Of a DNA stretch of 64,000 nt, positions 44,858 through 58,524 are shown one piece after another. How positions within the stretch are numbered: the first letter of the stretch is position 1; each line of letters begins with the position of its first letter. Both the position numbers and the translations under genes were made by a program. Under the pieces are notes generated by a model. That model made no database searches, had not been told where the DNA came from, and was given only the letters and a program-made list of their open reading frames with translations. The stretch is from Cercozoa sp. M6MM (Eukaryota > Protista > Endomyxa: Ascetosporea), in the NCBI GenBank assembly GCA_040357565.1, contig JBDODJ010000038.1; one strand, given 5' to 3'.

Positions 44858-45448
44858 GATGCTGCTCGACTGCGTGCACCGTGCCTCTCGACTCCTGTGT
44901 CGCGTCGCTCGACCATTTTGATTTCGGCTGCACTTGCAGGCTTTCGTTTTCTTTCGGTTCGTTTTTTATTTTATTTCTTGCGAAACCCAGCGCCAGAAGA
45001 TATGTTAACCCACGAAGCTCTCTCAGCGCGACGTCGACGCGAGTCTAGCCTTAAGCACCTGCTTTCGTCTCTTTAGGGTACAGGCGACTCGACGGCGCGG
45101 AAGCCAACTCACCACCGTAGGAGAAAGCGTGATTGGCCACGCTCAAATCCCGTCCACGCGGATGCTCATGATTAGGGTGGCGCCCGACTTAAGTTTCAAT
45201 GCGGATGGTTCGAGCAAGGCCACTCTACACGAATGACTGCACTCATTCAGGACGCTCCGAGTTGGACTTCGGGAAAGCAGATCTTATTAACTGTCTTGGG
45301 TGTGCGCGCGGTGCGCCACAGACCCACGCCACGAGCAGTCGCCGAGTGTCGGACTTCGGCTTCAAGGCCGCAAAACGAGTCGAGGCACAAAAGCTAGTGT
45401 GTTAGCTCTATTACGTGCTTTAAGGAAACACTATTTGAAAGCTCGGCG

Positions 45449-46619
45449 ATGAAGCGTCTTCTCTTGTTCTGCATGAGTGTCAGCACTGTCGCAGCTTCGT
45501 GGGTACCTACCCTGCATTCTAGCACACCAAAGACTTGTCCAAATTTGGTTTTCCGTGTCCCAGCTTAAAACAGGAGCAAAGGAACTCAAAGACAAAGCGC
45601 AAAAGGAGTATCAACAAAGAGTGAACTGTTGTGGTGCGCGGCTTTTAACTTTGCCCTCAGCATTCATGGATTAAAAAGACGATATTTTCGTAGGCGTTGA
45701 CACCGAGAAAAACGCACTTCGCGTGTCGCTGCGCAACGCCGACGACTATGGTGTGCCCCAAGCACCGAACATGTGCCAAGACGCTTGCTGCGTGGAAGCA
45801 TCGTTGGACCAGGGCGGTTTGCTGCTGCACCTTGTGTGGAACATGCCGCGAGCTTCCGACCACGGGCATGTCGTTGCCCCGCGCTGTGCAGGTGCCTGCG
45901 TCCTATAAATTACAGGCACACTGTATCTCGGTATGCGTAGGAACTGACGGGCGCGTTGCTCGCATCGGGGCTTGGCCAATCACGCTGTCTCCTCCGGGGC
46001 AAAGTGACCAGCAGACCTGGATTGCTGAGGTGCCCTGCCCGAAGCCTTCTGAGCTGAGTGAATCTGGTGCTGACGCACCGGCGAAGCTGACTCGCTCGAT
46101 TTCGCTCTTGCAAAACGAGGATGCATTCATTTACTTGAGCGTTCAAGCTGTCGAGAAGTTTGGAAACGTGGTACACACTTCGACCTGCCTTGCGGACACT
46201 TCATATTGTATCCTTCACTGTCTTTTGTAAAATGGATGAGCAGACTCCCGAGTTGATTGAGAAAGTTCATGAAGATCCTCAGGCGAACTTGGAGTTCGAT
46301 CTGCACATGCAGTGCTTCAATCAGATTCCGCCTGACTACAGCGGCATCTATAAGTTCTCTCAAAGAGATTCCGTGATCCGCATGAAGTTGGAGGGAGGTA
46401 GCTTTCAACTATCTTGCTTTTTCGTTCCACCCAATCTCGAGGTGATTACGACGCTGACTGACAGAATCCTTGGCGACACTCCTAGCTGCGGTGCGAACGG
46501 CAAGCGAGAACAGAGGCCGAGGCGCAGTTCCGTTGTTCCCGCTACCTGCTCACAACCGACACAACGTCACCTCCCACTCTGACTCGGACGGAGACACTCC
46601 GACCGATGCTCATGCGTAA
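45449..46619 (+). CDS. predicted secreted protein of unknown function
   Basis: Leader MKRLLLFCMSVSTVAAS and consecutive open exons between GT-AG introns; no recognisable domain. Confidence 0.55.
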
Positions 46620-46736
46620 ACCCTGACGATGAAAACTTGCCGGGAGTTGGAAAACGATAAATTTAAAATGTACTCAAGTTGGTTTGTAGTAATTTACTAT
46701 TGCAGCATATTCCGACACTTGACTTAGTAAATTATG

Positions 46737-47466
46737 TTAAGAGGTCGGAACCTCCTCATGGGCCTGTCCTTCAGCTTCGCTCTTTTGGATGGGGAGGAAC
46801 AACTTGAACTCGGGTGGCAGCTCTTCTTCAGAGTACAGGCGATCCGAGAAGTAAATGCGCCGAATGCGGCAGTTTGCATGGATCTGCACCCGCAGAGTTT
46901 CAATGTAGTTGGTGCCGTAGGCACGTCGAGTGAAGTCGCTCAAGTTGAACTGAATCTGGTTCCAGCCATCGTCGAGACGCATCGGCATCGTGCAAATGAA
47001 CGGTTTCACACGCGTCGTCGACTGGTAATTCGACGCTCGGAAGCGACGCTTGATTCCCTTGTCATCCAGAACAGTGACTTCGAACGTGAAGTACTTCTTC
47101 ATCTGGACACATCGACAATCCACAATGTCACCAATAAAGCTGTACACAACAATGAGGTTACATTTTTGATGATCATCACAAGGAATGGTAGTTTGATGCC
47201 CAGTGTCTTCTTCTTTTCGGCAGGACACGTGATGTAGGTTGTGCTGATGTTGGTGCCGGCCACCTCGAGCACACTCGACTGGATGTCGTCGTCGGTGATG
47301 CGCTTGATGTGACCGTTGCTTACTGCTCAAAAGGGAAACGAAACGTAGAAGAACAAATGTTCCAGTTGCTGCATAGAGTACCCTTCTTGTCCCATATCTG
47401 CAGTGGCTTGGACCCGATTGAGTAAAGAATCGACAAGAATCCCGACTGAAACGTGTTGCGAAACAT
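46737..47466 (-). CDS. CFAP20: cilia- and flagella-associated protein 20 (BUG22)
   Basis: [27 protein letters not shown]...[36 protein letters not shown]...EFKLFLP. Confidence 0.98.
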
Positions 47467-47865
47467 GCTGTTTTCTGCTTCTCACTTCACTTTCTTGAAA
47501 CTGGCGTGTTCACTTGTGTAACCGCGAGGACTCTGCTACGTACGCGTCAGAAGCAAACCAAATCGTCTGCTACTGAGAGTCGCGCAACAAACTATGGTGA
47601 TCGGTCATGCAGGCAAAGGTGCAGAAACGCTTTCGTCATTGCATGTGCGTCCAAGAAACGCTCCTCCAAACAAATACTAAAATTGATTTCAAAACGAACT
47701 AAAAGGAGCAGCGCGCCAAGCAAGCACTTCAAACCCTGCTTCAGTGTATGTCAGGATGTTGCCTGAATGCGGAAGCTCGGACTTTGATAGTTTGAGAGGA
47801 GGCAGTCAAGCTTCGGATCGTACAACATTGCCAGGAAGCAACATGAGATTTCGAAATTTCATGGC

Positions 47866-48366
47866 ATGAGCACTCCACAAAGAGGCCTAGGCACGCCGAA
47901 ACTCGAGAAAGGCGAACACTTTGTAGTTGGAGCCATTGTCGCAGCAGGTGTTCTGCTCCTCGCGATCTTTGTTTACTGCTGTCGCAAGTGCTACCGGCCA
48001 AGAGCGAAAGCGAAAGCGAAGGCGAAAGAGAAGGCGAAACAACAGGCACAGGCCGAAACACCTCCACAACAAGTGCTTTCAGCAGAAGCGACGATGGTAA
48101 ACGACCCCGAGGCGACTTTGGGCGGAGCACCGACAGCTTTGCCTCCGCAGCGGCATCTCACTGACACGCAGCGTCGACTGCAAGTGCAGCAGCAGGGAAA
48201 CCTGTTCCGACCTGAGGAACCGCACGAGTCTCCTTGTGCAGGCTGTGTGCGCTGCTTGACCTGTGCCCCACGGAGAAAAAGGAGGAACATCGAGCAATTT
48301 CAGTCCAGGAGGCAGTCCGTCCCAACGGAACTCGCCAGCGGCATTCGTGTTTCTGTGGTGCATTGA
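47866..48366 (+). CDS. single-pass membrane protein, unknown; the true start may lie upstream
   Basis: 166-aa ORF with TM segment VVGAIVAAGVLLLAIFVY followed by CCRKC and a basic stop-transfer stretch. Confidence 0.55.
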   Translation: MSTPQRGLGTPKLEKGEHFVVGAIVAAGVLLLAIFVYCCRKCYRPRAKAKAKAKEKAKQQAQAETPPQQVLSAEATMVNDPEATLGGAPTALPPQRHLTDTQRRLQVQQQGNLFRPEEPHESPCAGCVRCLTCAPRRKRRNIEQFQSRRQSVPTELASGIRVSVVH

Positions 48367-48560
48367 TGCAAAAGGGTACATTCCTTTCAACATCATGAAT
48401 CTCATGAACCTTCTGCATAGTAGCCTTTTGATGCAAGCAGGTGGCACCACTCTAAACCCAGCGAGCGAAAGCGCGCAAAACCAAACTCGAACGGTGCCCA
48501 GGGCACGAGGCGCCCGAATTTAGTTATTTGAGTTGCATTTAAGCGTACGCTAGGACCCAA

Positions 48561-49625
48561 ATGGCCAATCAGCAGTGCGTCGTGTGTCTTCAAAACAAGC
48601 GAGATGTGTGTTTCAGTTTTGTGTGTGTATTTGTGTGCTTGGGTGATCAGAGTTCCCCAAGTTGGATCACGTGTGGTGTCTAGGTTGCGGTGTGCGCACC
48701 GTGCTACCACAGCTTTTGCAGGATATGCTTGCGGCCGTGGTTCCGTGCAGTATCGCCGGCGCGCTGTCCTTTATGTCGAGGTAAAAGCCCCCCCCCCAGT
48801 CGGCTCCCACCTCTCCTAATTGTACACCTGTGGTACTGCCCGTGTGCAGATCTGGTGGAACAAGTGCTCGTAGACTTTAAAAGTCGCACAGAGTTTCTGC
48901 TTCGCACGCCAGACGAGTTTGTAAACGAACCTGTGTCGCACGAGGACAGACTCGATTTCCCTTCGATTTTAATGCGGAGGAAACTGGTCTACGCTCTTGC
49001 TGCTTCGCTCGTGCCGCGAAGTATCAACGGTAAAAGTTAAATTGATTTAATGTTAGTTATTTAGATGTCCATAGGCTTGGTAGGTGAAGCAGCAACGCCT
49101 GCAGTTCTCCCTGAAGAAACTCTGATTTCGGCATCTTTCTTCGATGCGTGCTGCGAGTTCTTGCGCCGGGAGATACGGATTCTTCTGGTATGCTTTCACG
49201 ACTTTGAATGTGTTAATGCCTGACTTGAGAGCTAGGGTGCCGAAAACGAAAACTTTGCAGACGCCGTAAGCGAAGAGTATTGCATTCAATCACTGCAGGT
49301 AAATTAAAACTGATCAACTGAACTGCAAATTGTGTGTTTTTTATTTTGTTGTTAAAGCAGGCCAGTCTTGAACAAACAACTCGCCAAGGCCGCCGATTTT
49401 CGCTGCTTCAGCACGCTGAGTTTTGTCGCCGGATGCGACGCTTGCTGCGTGACGATGCGTCCACGTCAGTTCTCTCAGTCTGGGGTCCGATGCTTTCGAT
49501 CTGCCAAAGGTTGTGCTTGTTGTAGATTGCTCCGAGAGTTGCGATACTTTGTCTCTCTGCACTCGAACCTCTCGGATTTCGACGCATTGGCGCGGTACAT
49601 GGATGCACCCATCGAACTTGACTAA
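48561..49625 (+). CDS. C3HC4 RING E3 ligase, Topors/Psh1-like
   Basis: CVVC...CYHSFCRICLRPW...CPLCR, RRKLVY and a C-terminal ELRYFVS..NLSDFD..ARY. Confidence 0.75.
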
Positions 49626-50127
49626 ACAATCAAAGCAACACCAATCGTTTTTTTAAATCTTTACTACTGTCGATTAACTGCAAGGATAACGTGTTTACGC
49701 ACGTGTACAGACAGAGGTCTTAGCTTAAAATAGAATCTAAGTGCACGAGAAGCATGGTGTGTTGGATTTCGAAATGTTGTTTGTTTTTTGTTTTTTGTAT
49801 TTTGATTTTTTTCCCTCCCGTCGGTGTTAGGACGAAACGCACGAGTTGCAGCAGCGACTGTACTTTGGAGAAACACTGCAGCGAATCAGAGCAACGCAGG
49901 TCGGCGTTTTCGGCACAGGTGCACTGGCCGACGAGGTGAAACGACAACTCGAATTGAGTGGTGCTCAACTCGCCAATGTCAATGAGTAAAGTTTGACTTT
50001 CTTGTATTTTCCTGTCTTACAACAAACACAAAAATAAAAAAACGAAAAATCGGCAGTGTTGAAGTCGCGATTGCTTGCGGAAATTGCAATGTTCCGGACG
50101 CTGTTCCCAACGGTGCTTTGCTGTTTT

Positions 50128-50548
50128 ACCCCCCTGTTTACCCCCCTGTTTACCCCCCTGTTTACNNNNNNNNNNNNNNNNNNNNNNNNNNNNNNNNNNN
50201 NNNNNNNNNNNNNNNNNNNNNNNNNNNNNNNNNNNNNNNNNNNNNNNNNNNNNNNNNNNNNNNNNTATATATATATATATATAGATACATATAGATGTAT
50301 ATAGATACATAGACACATATAGAAATATACATATATATATATATATATATAGATACAGATGTATATAGATACATATAGATGTATATAGATACATATAGAT
50401 GTATATAGATACATATAGATGTATATAGATACATATAGATGTATATAGATACATATAGATGTATATGGATACACATAGATGTATATATATATAGATAGAT
50501 ATATATATATATATAGATACATATATATATATACAGATATAATATACA
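50128..50548. repeat. 12-mer (TTTACCCCCCTG)n, an assembly gap, then an AT-rich 20-mer minisatellite
   Basis: Directly visible: at least three 12-mer units, an N run at 50166-50265 and (ATAGATACATATAGATGTAT)n. Confidence 0.95.
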
Positions 50549-52099
50549 CTAGGACATGGAACTGCCGACGATCCGCTACCGTTGCGCCGGCTGGTCGAAT
50601 GCCGCCAGTGCCGCCGCCTCTCCGAGTCCCAGTCAGTCTGCTCTGTCCGGCAGCGACAGCGCCGAGATGCGCGACGACTGATCTCGAGAGTTCACCTACG
50701 CTAGCCGAAGAAACCCACCCTAACTCGGCCTAGCCTAGTGATCATCGTGTCGACAATTTACAGTACATACCGTACACTATCGTATGGTGTGACCAGCGTA
50801 GCCCGCTGCCACACCCTACCCGTTGTTTGGAGACTGAACGTCAACTGAACGCTACACTAAGGTAGCGTAAGTGGGTGGTGGGGACGTTCGGGCTCTACCC
50901 TGTCTTGTCTGCATTCAAACACTTCGTCTTCAAGTGGTGCCGTTTGCGTTTTGCTGACCCTGGTGATTTGCAACTCTGTCCCGAGTCAATATAAAGTTGC
51001 ATCTGTTTTGGCGACGGTGCTCGCTCGCTTAGCGACAAGACCGGCGGCGCACTGATACTCTAATCATTTGCGAAGACTGCGACCTGCAAAGTCTCACATC
51101 TCTATTCGTGTTGTCTGTGACATGTGCAGGTGGTGTCTTTGCTCCAGCGTGGCATATCCTGCCTACGCCTCCGTATACAGGTACGCATTGGAGCAAAGTC
51201 TGTAGTGTCTTTCGACTATTTACGCAGCACGAGTGCCTTTAGGCAATCGAGTCGCCGGACTAGCGCGATGACAAATCGAAATGTATCTTGCCGAAGTGAA
51301 CCCGCAGGTCACCGATCTGACAACAGCGGCGATCCCCAGGTCACCGACCTTGAGGCCAATGCTGAAGGCGGTAATTGAAACCCTGAAACTACTCACTTTA
51401 ATTGAAAGTTGCATGCTCATCAATGAGATCGACTGTTGGTGTGTGTGTCTTGATACCCGGATACGACGATTCAGCGAGAAGTCTGAGAAAAACGCAACGA
51501 CAACAGTTGAAAAACAACTGGCAAACGATCTGCGAGTGAGTGCCGGTTAAAAAATTAAATAATTTATGATATCCTTGCACATCCTGAGATTAAAGGCTAT
51601 AAGCCTACTCTGGCACAGGAAATAATGTGTGAACGCTATTCCCTGGCTAAAGCTCGCTTGCTGTCACTCTGGGTCAAAAAAATGTGCGTCGGCAGTTTCT
51701 CCAATCACAGTCTGGAGTTTCCTGTCGCCCGGTGTTGACCCGACTTTTGCAGTGAGTTTGACGTCAGTGATGCTTTGTAGCTAGACTTGTGGTAATCTGG
51801 CTGCACAGGCAATGAAACCTGAATTGGCGAATACCTGGGTCGCCGCCGGAGGAGTAACACACACGCGCTCCACATGCGAGCTTGCTTCGCGCGTTTGAGG
51901 GAAGCTTCAACAAACTCGTACAAACGTACACTACGAGGTGCATAGATAAACTCGACTTCTAATTCGTCAGCTCGCTTGCTTGCAGCACTACCAAAGGATA
52001 GGTCAAGCAATAGGCAGACACGCAGAGTGTCCTACATCCCCGTCAAGGAGGTGGGCACATTTTTGTGTTGGGCCCGTTTTTTTGTTGGGCCCGCTCGTG

Positions 52100-52825
52100 A
52101 TGACCCAAGACATCCGCAGCGGACTGTGCCTCTGCGAGTCTGTGTGTAACTGAATGCGTCTTTTGGCCTCTGATTTCGTGTCTTTAAAAATGTTGTTGTC
52201 TGTACTGTTGAAACTGATCTTGTTTTCTGAATTCAGAAAGAGGCAAATTGATTTCGGAGGCCACACAGACTACGTGTCCTTCCACCAAAACTCAACGTGA
52301 CGTCGCCGTTCAGGTCGGCGCACCTGCCAACATGTTGAGCACCAGCATCGAGTCGCAAGGTAGCTCTCACAAAACCCTGCTGCTCGAATACCTTCATGCC
52401 ATGTGTACGTATGTGCCGTAGTTGCTCGCGTCTTGTTGCGCTTAAAGCACGAGAGAGTCCTGCACGAGACAGTGCAAAAATGTCGAGTGCGCCGATACCA
52501 GAAGCAAGCTGCAGTGTTGCGTGCTCGCAAGAAGACGCGTGCCAAGCAGAAGTGCACGCCAAAGAAACAGAAGGGCTCTACTACGGTGTGCCCTCACTGC
52601 AGCCGAATCTTTGAAAAGTATCAGGTAGAGCGCACTTTGCAAGCATACTTCATTGTTCGGGTGTAGTTTTGTGAGCTTGTCTTTTATAACATTTGCAAGT
52701 GTCGGTTTTAGGGACTCAATGCACACCTCAAGGTGCACCGCAACGCCGAGCGCCGTGCACAGGAGGCCGCTGCCGCAGCCGTTGCTGCAAGAACTGTTGT
52801 TATTGCGGATACGCAGTCGCAATAA
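52100..52825 (+). CDS. small single-C2H2 zinc-finger protein
   Basis: Spliced finger CPHCSRIFEKYQ|GLNAHLKVH, preceded by a basic NLS-like region; three GT-AG introns. Confidence 0.75.
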
Positions 52826-53670
52826 ATCTGAGTCGAGTCCCCTGATCGGCTTACGTTTTCAGCTTTCGTCCAAGTCACATCTGCCCGTCGTTCTTTGCAG
52901 CACTCGAGGCATCGCCGCTCCCGTTCATTGTTCTATCAGCGCATGACCGCCCACGACTGCACGGTCGTCATTGCACACGCCTACTTCACACGTTCCTACT
53001 TCGCCTAACGCAGGTCTTGAGGATCGTGTTCGTTTTTTCCAAGTTTTGTTACCCGTTAGAGTCACTGGCAGCCACTAAACAGCAGTACATACAGTAAATT
53101 TAATGTAAGTTTACTAGCCATAGAAGTAGAAGATCTTGCTTCAAAGGAATCCGAGCGATACCGGAACTGGCTGAGACACGTGCACGACACAGTACGTTTC
53201 TGAGCAAACTGAGTCAAACAGAGTCAGTTCATCGTGTGCTTTGCTCACCGGCGGGACTTGATAAATAAAGCGAATTGATTGTACTGCCTTTTATGCATTA
53301 AATGAACGTGTCTCGAGAGCAGTCGATATACTTACCTCTCAAATTTCCATCTTGCCTCTCAAATGGCAGTTTGGCTCTACCATGTACCAGCGAACGCACT
53401 GACGTCAAAATTTTCCACACCTCTCTTGAGGTTTTTTGTAAGTTTGTAAGTTTTAGGGACTGGTGCCGTGCGGGGAACTGACGGACCGGACGGACGGAGC
53501 TGTTGGTTGAGTTGGTTCCCGTCCGTACCCTTAGCGTAGTTGAGTCTGTACTACTGTATCACTCGGTATGTATAGTATCGCACGACTCAGTACAGTTACA
53601 GTTAGGACAAGTCGACTTGACTCGACAGAGTTGAGTCGACGTCAGTCAGAATCGAATCGAAGCTCCTCCC

Positions 53671-55610
53671 TCAGCGCGCAAAAGCGTCCTTAAGCACAGT
53701 GGCATCGAGGGCGCCCTTGTGGTGTTTAAGCAGCAGCTGCAGGCCGCGCACCCACTGTTCGCACATCTGCGCACTTTCGGCCTGCAAATCGAGCGTGCGT
53801 CGGCGCGACACGATGCTAAAGCACAGGTTGGCGTCGGCGTCCTTGGCTACGCTGTTGTCGCGAAAGGCGGCGGTTCGCTTGCCGGCGCACACCGAGTGCA
53901 CGTCATGCAGCGACACGCTCTTCCAGTAGCTGCGCGAGTTACTGCGCCAGCACACGTCACGTGTCACCAAATCCACCTTCACCAGTCGGCGCTGCGGCTT
54001 GCCACGCAACGAGTATCGGAATTTCAAAAAAGGCACGCCGACCCCTGCTTAGCACCAAAAACGCCCAAACACTCATTTTAGTGTCTTTGCACACCACGGG
54101 ATATACCAAAACAAGCAGTAGAGCATGCCATCAGCAGACGCAACGTCGGAAGAGGTTCCCGCGGCGCCCTGTGCTGCCTGCAGGAACTGTCGCACTTCCT
54201 CGGTCTCCTGAGCACGTTGTCTGGTTCGCTCATTCCGTTTGCGTGTGTCGATCTGCACATTTTGTAAAGTGAACGGTCTCTCTGTTTTTAAAACAGTGTG
54301 GTTTCGTACATCAATGATGGACTGGACTCGCTGGCGCGGGTCCAGAGCGAGCACATTGTGCGAGCGGAGCTGCTCCAGTCGCTCTCGCACCGTGCAAAGT
54401 TCATCCTGCGTTTCTCCAGCAGAGCAAGTAGCCAAAATAAGATAGAGTAAAAGAGCAGGCAGGGTACATCCTCAAGGTCGTCAGCAGCAAGGTCAAGCAC
54501 GCCGATCGCTTGCTCAATGACGCTTTCGAGCAGCACGTCGTACTGCTTGCGTCGCAGAAAGTGCGCGTGCACGCCGTACATGTGCGCCAGTAGTCTGAGT
54601 GCCTGTGGGGGGGGGGTATAAAATAAAATGAACAAAGAAACAAATAAAATATATAAATCAACAAACAAATAAACAAAGAAACAAAGAAACAAAGAAACAA
54701 AGAAAGAAACAAACAAAGAAAGAAACAAACAAAGAAAGAAACAAACAAACAAACAGACAAACAAATAAACAAATAAACAAATAAACAAACAAACAAATAA
54801 ATAGACAAATAAACATATAAACAAATAAACAAAAAAATAGACAGATAAACATATAAACAAACAAACAAACAAATATACAAGGAAGGAAGCAAATACTCAA
54901 ATTCAACAAGAAGCAAGTAAATCCAAGAAATACAGAAGAATAAATCAAATAAAATACACAAAACAAAAGAAAGAAAAATGAAAAGAAAACAGGCAGGCGA
55001 CCTGAGCAACGACAAACACGAGTTTGCGGCGACGCGGCGCGTGCGTCGGCAGCGCCAGGAGTGCATCACGCGCCTCCAACAGTCGTCGTGCGAACTTGGG
55101 TGCCGACAGGGCTTCATCGAGCCATTGCATCGCCAGTTCCGGCTCCGTGCCCTCCTGTACCGTCCAGTTAAACTGGCCGCTTTAATAAAACAATTAAAAA
55201 CACCGATCCTGACGATGCAGACGTCGCCCTGTCGAAATCCGCATCGTCCGGCAGCGTCAGTCGTGGACACAGCGACGACGTGCACACGCCTTGCAGCACT
55301 CCTGGGGGACGGGATAAGGGAGGGGTCAACGGGTAGATAAAGGGGCAAGGGGTAGTAGTAAGGGGGGGGGTAGTAGTAAAGGGGGGGGTAGTAATAAGGG
55401 GGTAACACAATATACCATGGAGCGTCAAAGCGGCGTTGCAAATGTGCACGCACTGCACTGTGAGCCAGGTGTCTTCCTAAACGACAAGAATACACCTGCA
55501 ACTGCACACGCATGTATGCAGCTCGACATTTGCAGAGGCACCTCGCTGCAGAAGTCTGGTGTCACCAGCACTTCTTGGACGGCGTACTGAATCGCCTCCA
55601 CGCCACTCAT
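53671..55610 (-). CDS. protein with a C-terminal PLC-type PH domain
   Basis: GVPFLKF...PQRRLV...VCAGKRTAAF...CFSIVSRRRTLDLQAES...WVRGL. The start is tentative. Confidence 0.8.
54620..54990. repeat. degenerate (AAAC/AAAT/AAAG)n tract in an intron
   Basis: Directly visible; T-rich on the sense strand. Confidence 0.95.
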
Positions 55611-55936
55611 CTCTACACGATACAACAACATCAATCGACTTTCGGTAGCCAGTGGAGATAATATTATCAGAAAGGGAAGATGTAACACTAAATACGACTT
55701 GAATAGCACCTGAGACGTGAAAACACTCTAAATGAGCCGCCGATGCCGGTAGTGCAGCGCCAGCAGCACTGTGCAGGGCAGCTTTTAATTTTGTTTCTCG
55801 CACCGGCGGACCGATCCGAGGGCGGCCTGATGGAACGTGTGCTGTACTCGCGTGCGTGGGCCTGCTTTAAAACGACAGGCACACTAGTTCTGGGCAGTGT
55901 TGCAGCGCAGGAGTTTTTCGTAAACTATCGCGCGCG

Positions 55937-56849
55937 ATGAGCACGGAACTCAAGCTGGTGCTGCGATGGAAGCATCAAGCACGCATGCGCGAGGCCGTGA
56001 GCTCGCCGTAAGTTTTGATTGACTTATTGGTTTTCCTCAGCAGAGGCCCGATCGAAAATGTGTGAAATGTGATCGTCATTTGCTTATTTTTTATAATGTT
56101 TTGTACTGTGCTCTGTAGCATGATGATCGTGCTGATGAATAAGGGTCTAAACGGTACTGCGATGGTCGAGTGGCGAAAGAGACTACAGAAGCAAGGTATT
56201 GTACCCTGATTGTCTGATTGTTTAAGGTCGATACTGATTGTATGTGCTTGTGTGGTAGGCCTGCAGCTGCTGAACGCGCGCAACAAGACGTGCCAGGCGC
56301 TGCTGCGCGATGATCCGCGGTGGACGGAAACGGGCAGACAAGCCTTGACGCCGCTTTTTGTTGCTGACACGGTAGGGAGAGTATCTCAGTATCGTAAAGT
56401 TAAAGTTAATGTATTGTGTGTGACGACTGTTGCAGACGCTGATTTACGCCGACCCGCGACCATACCAGGAGGTGTCGGCGCGACGAATCACAGTGACCAA
56501 CGAGATCGACGAGGAGAAGCCCGAGGTCGTGCACTCGCATGGCTGCCGACTGCGCTTCGACCTGGGCGACATCGAGGGCTTTGAGGTGCTCCAGGAGCTC
56601 ATCAAGGAGATCGACGGACGCAAGGACGTCGATCTCCTGGCCGTCAGTGTCGGTGACCACTACGCCGACTTTGAGCGCGCCAAGAGCCTCCTCAGCGAGG
56701 GCGACTCGCCGGTCGCGCGCGTCGCTGGCCTGCTCGGCGCGCTGCCCTACCGCACGCTGCCGCGGGCGCTACACTCGCACTCCACGCGCCTGCTGCGCGC
56801 GCTCAAGCACCTCTCCGACCCAGAGGACTCCGACGCCACGCCCGAGTAG
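55937..56849 (+). CDS. mitochondrial ribosomal protein uL10m-like
   Basis: GLNGTAMVEWRKRLQKQ|GLQLLNARNKTCQALL...LTPLFVADT|TLIY and a C-terminal LAGLL-type helix resemble L10. Confidence 0.6.
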
Positions 56850-57288
56850 ATTTCCGTTCAGCTCTACTACGCTGCCACGCACTCGAGGGGAATCCTCCCC
56901 TATCGTCGGGTAAAAATAGTGAGCCCATGAAAAAACCTGTCGCGAAGCAAGCTATTTTTACCTTTAGTGGAGCCTGGACATGTGTAGTGGTTGTCTAGGC
57001 ATCACTGAACTACTGGACGCTAGTTTGTCAAATTCTCATGTTTTTTTCAACCAATTTACCCGATTTTCACTCGACGCGCCCCGATCGCTAATGATGCTCC
57101 GCACACGGCTAGTGTATTTATAGAGCACATACTGGGGATCAGTGAAACGTGCTATCTTTCTATACTGATCAACATCATATCTGCTTGTTGGCTCAGTTTT
57201 ATGGGCTCACTATTTTACCCGACGATACGGTAGGATTCCCCGTACGTACTAAGCCTGCTTTTGTTCCGTGGCTTGACTGCGGCTGCGT

Positions 57289-58293
57289 TCATTGTTCGGT
57301 CGCGGTTGTTGGTGTACGACTCGGCGGCCGACTCGTCGCTGCAGCTGCCAGTACCCTTAAAAGCTCCTCATAGCTGTCGTCCCATGCCGACGTGAATACT
57401 GTGCGCAGTGAAGGGAACTCGTGAGGAGTGGCTTGCGACCAGATGCGTTGAATCTCCTTCATCACCTCACTCACCAAGAATTCCCTCCGCTTTTGAGGTT
57501 GCTCTCCGACACTTGACTGAGCATTTTCCTGCTTTTCGTTCCATTTGGATACTAACAACACTAGCTTTGCAAGTGTGGTGGCCTCCAGGTCATGCACGAC
57601 ACCTTTGAACGTGTCCAGTGCTGCTTCACTGCCAGCTTCGTTCGAGCTGTCAAGAAAGAACTGCACACTCCATGCAACTGAAAGTTAAAAACGATGGAAA
57701 CAAATGTACAGGTACAACTTACAAAAATTACGCTGGCGTTCTCAAAGTACTTGCTCCAAACAGGAGAGAGTCGTCCGCCTATTTCGCGAACTGAAACTTG
57801 CATGCGTGTTCCAGGACAGGGGAGGTCGAGATCGACGATTTCACATCCAACTGTTGGAGCAGCGTCTCGTCTGAAGCTGCCTCAATCAGTTGAAATGTAA
57901 GATCGAGGCAGGTAAACCGGTTGAACGGTTTTACAAAGGAGTTGGAGCAACTCGAGCGCTAGTTGGTCCGCCAAAGCACGAACTCCAACGACTACAATTT
58001 CGGCGCTTCCGAGTTGCTCGACGCCGCCTTGAAACGTCGAGCAAGCGACGAAGCAAGACAGTCTTTCCCGAACCCGAAGGACCAATGAACAGAATTTCTG
58101 GTTTGACTGTGGTTGACATGCTTGTGGTGCTTGAAATCGTGTCGGTTTGACTCCTCGGTGTCGATTCGCCGATAGTATTTCCTGCACGAGCCGTGGATGA
58201 GACTGTACTCGAGGCCGTGCTCCTTCTCGCAGTATCAAAAACTATGGATGGTGAAGGCGTCAACTCGTCGTCCGGAAGGTCGTAACTAGGCAT
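57289..58293 (-). CDS. ARL16: ARF-like GTPase 16
   Basis: GPSGSGKT, PTVG, and REIGGRLSPVWSKYF (the ExGG..PxW..Y pattern typical of ARL16). Confidence 0.8.
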
Positions 58294-58524
58294 AGACACC
58301 TGACATTGTACTCAACACGTGCAATGTGCGCCGTAGGTCCAACGGTTCGCGGGGGATTGTCGTAGTTTTCTGTTCTCTTCCACTCATTAAAAACACGAGA
58401 AACGCTTGAATGTAATGGCGGCATGCCATTTCTCCTTCTTTACCTGGAGCCATCGCTTAAATTTAGCCAATAGCCGATTGCGACAGGCGTATGGAGCGAA
58501 CAGCATCAAACCTCTCGGACGAGC

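Noticed and set aside
45195-45230. GGTTCGAG B-box-like motif (possible tRNA or SINE)
   Set aside because: No cloverleaf, A box or acceptor stem is discernible.
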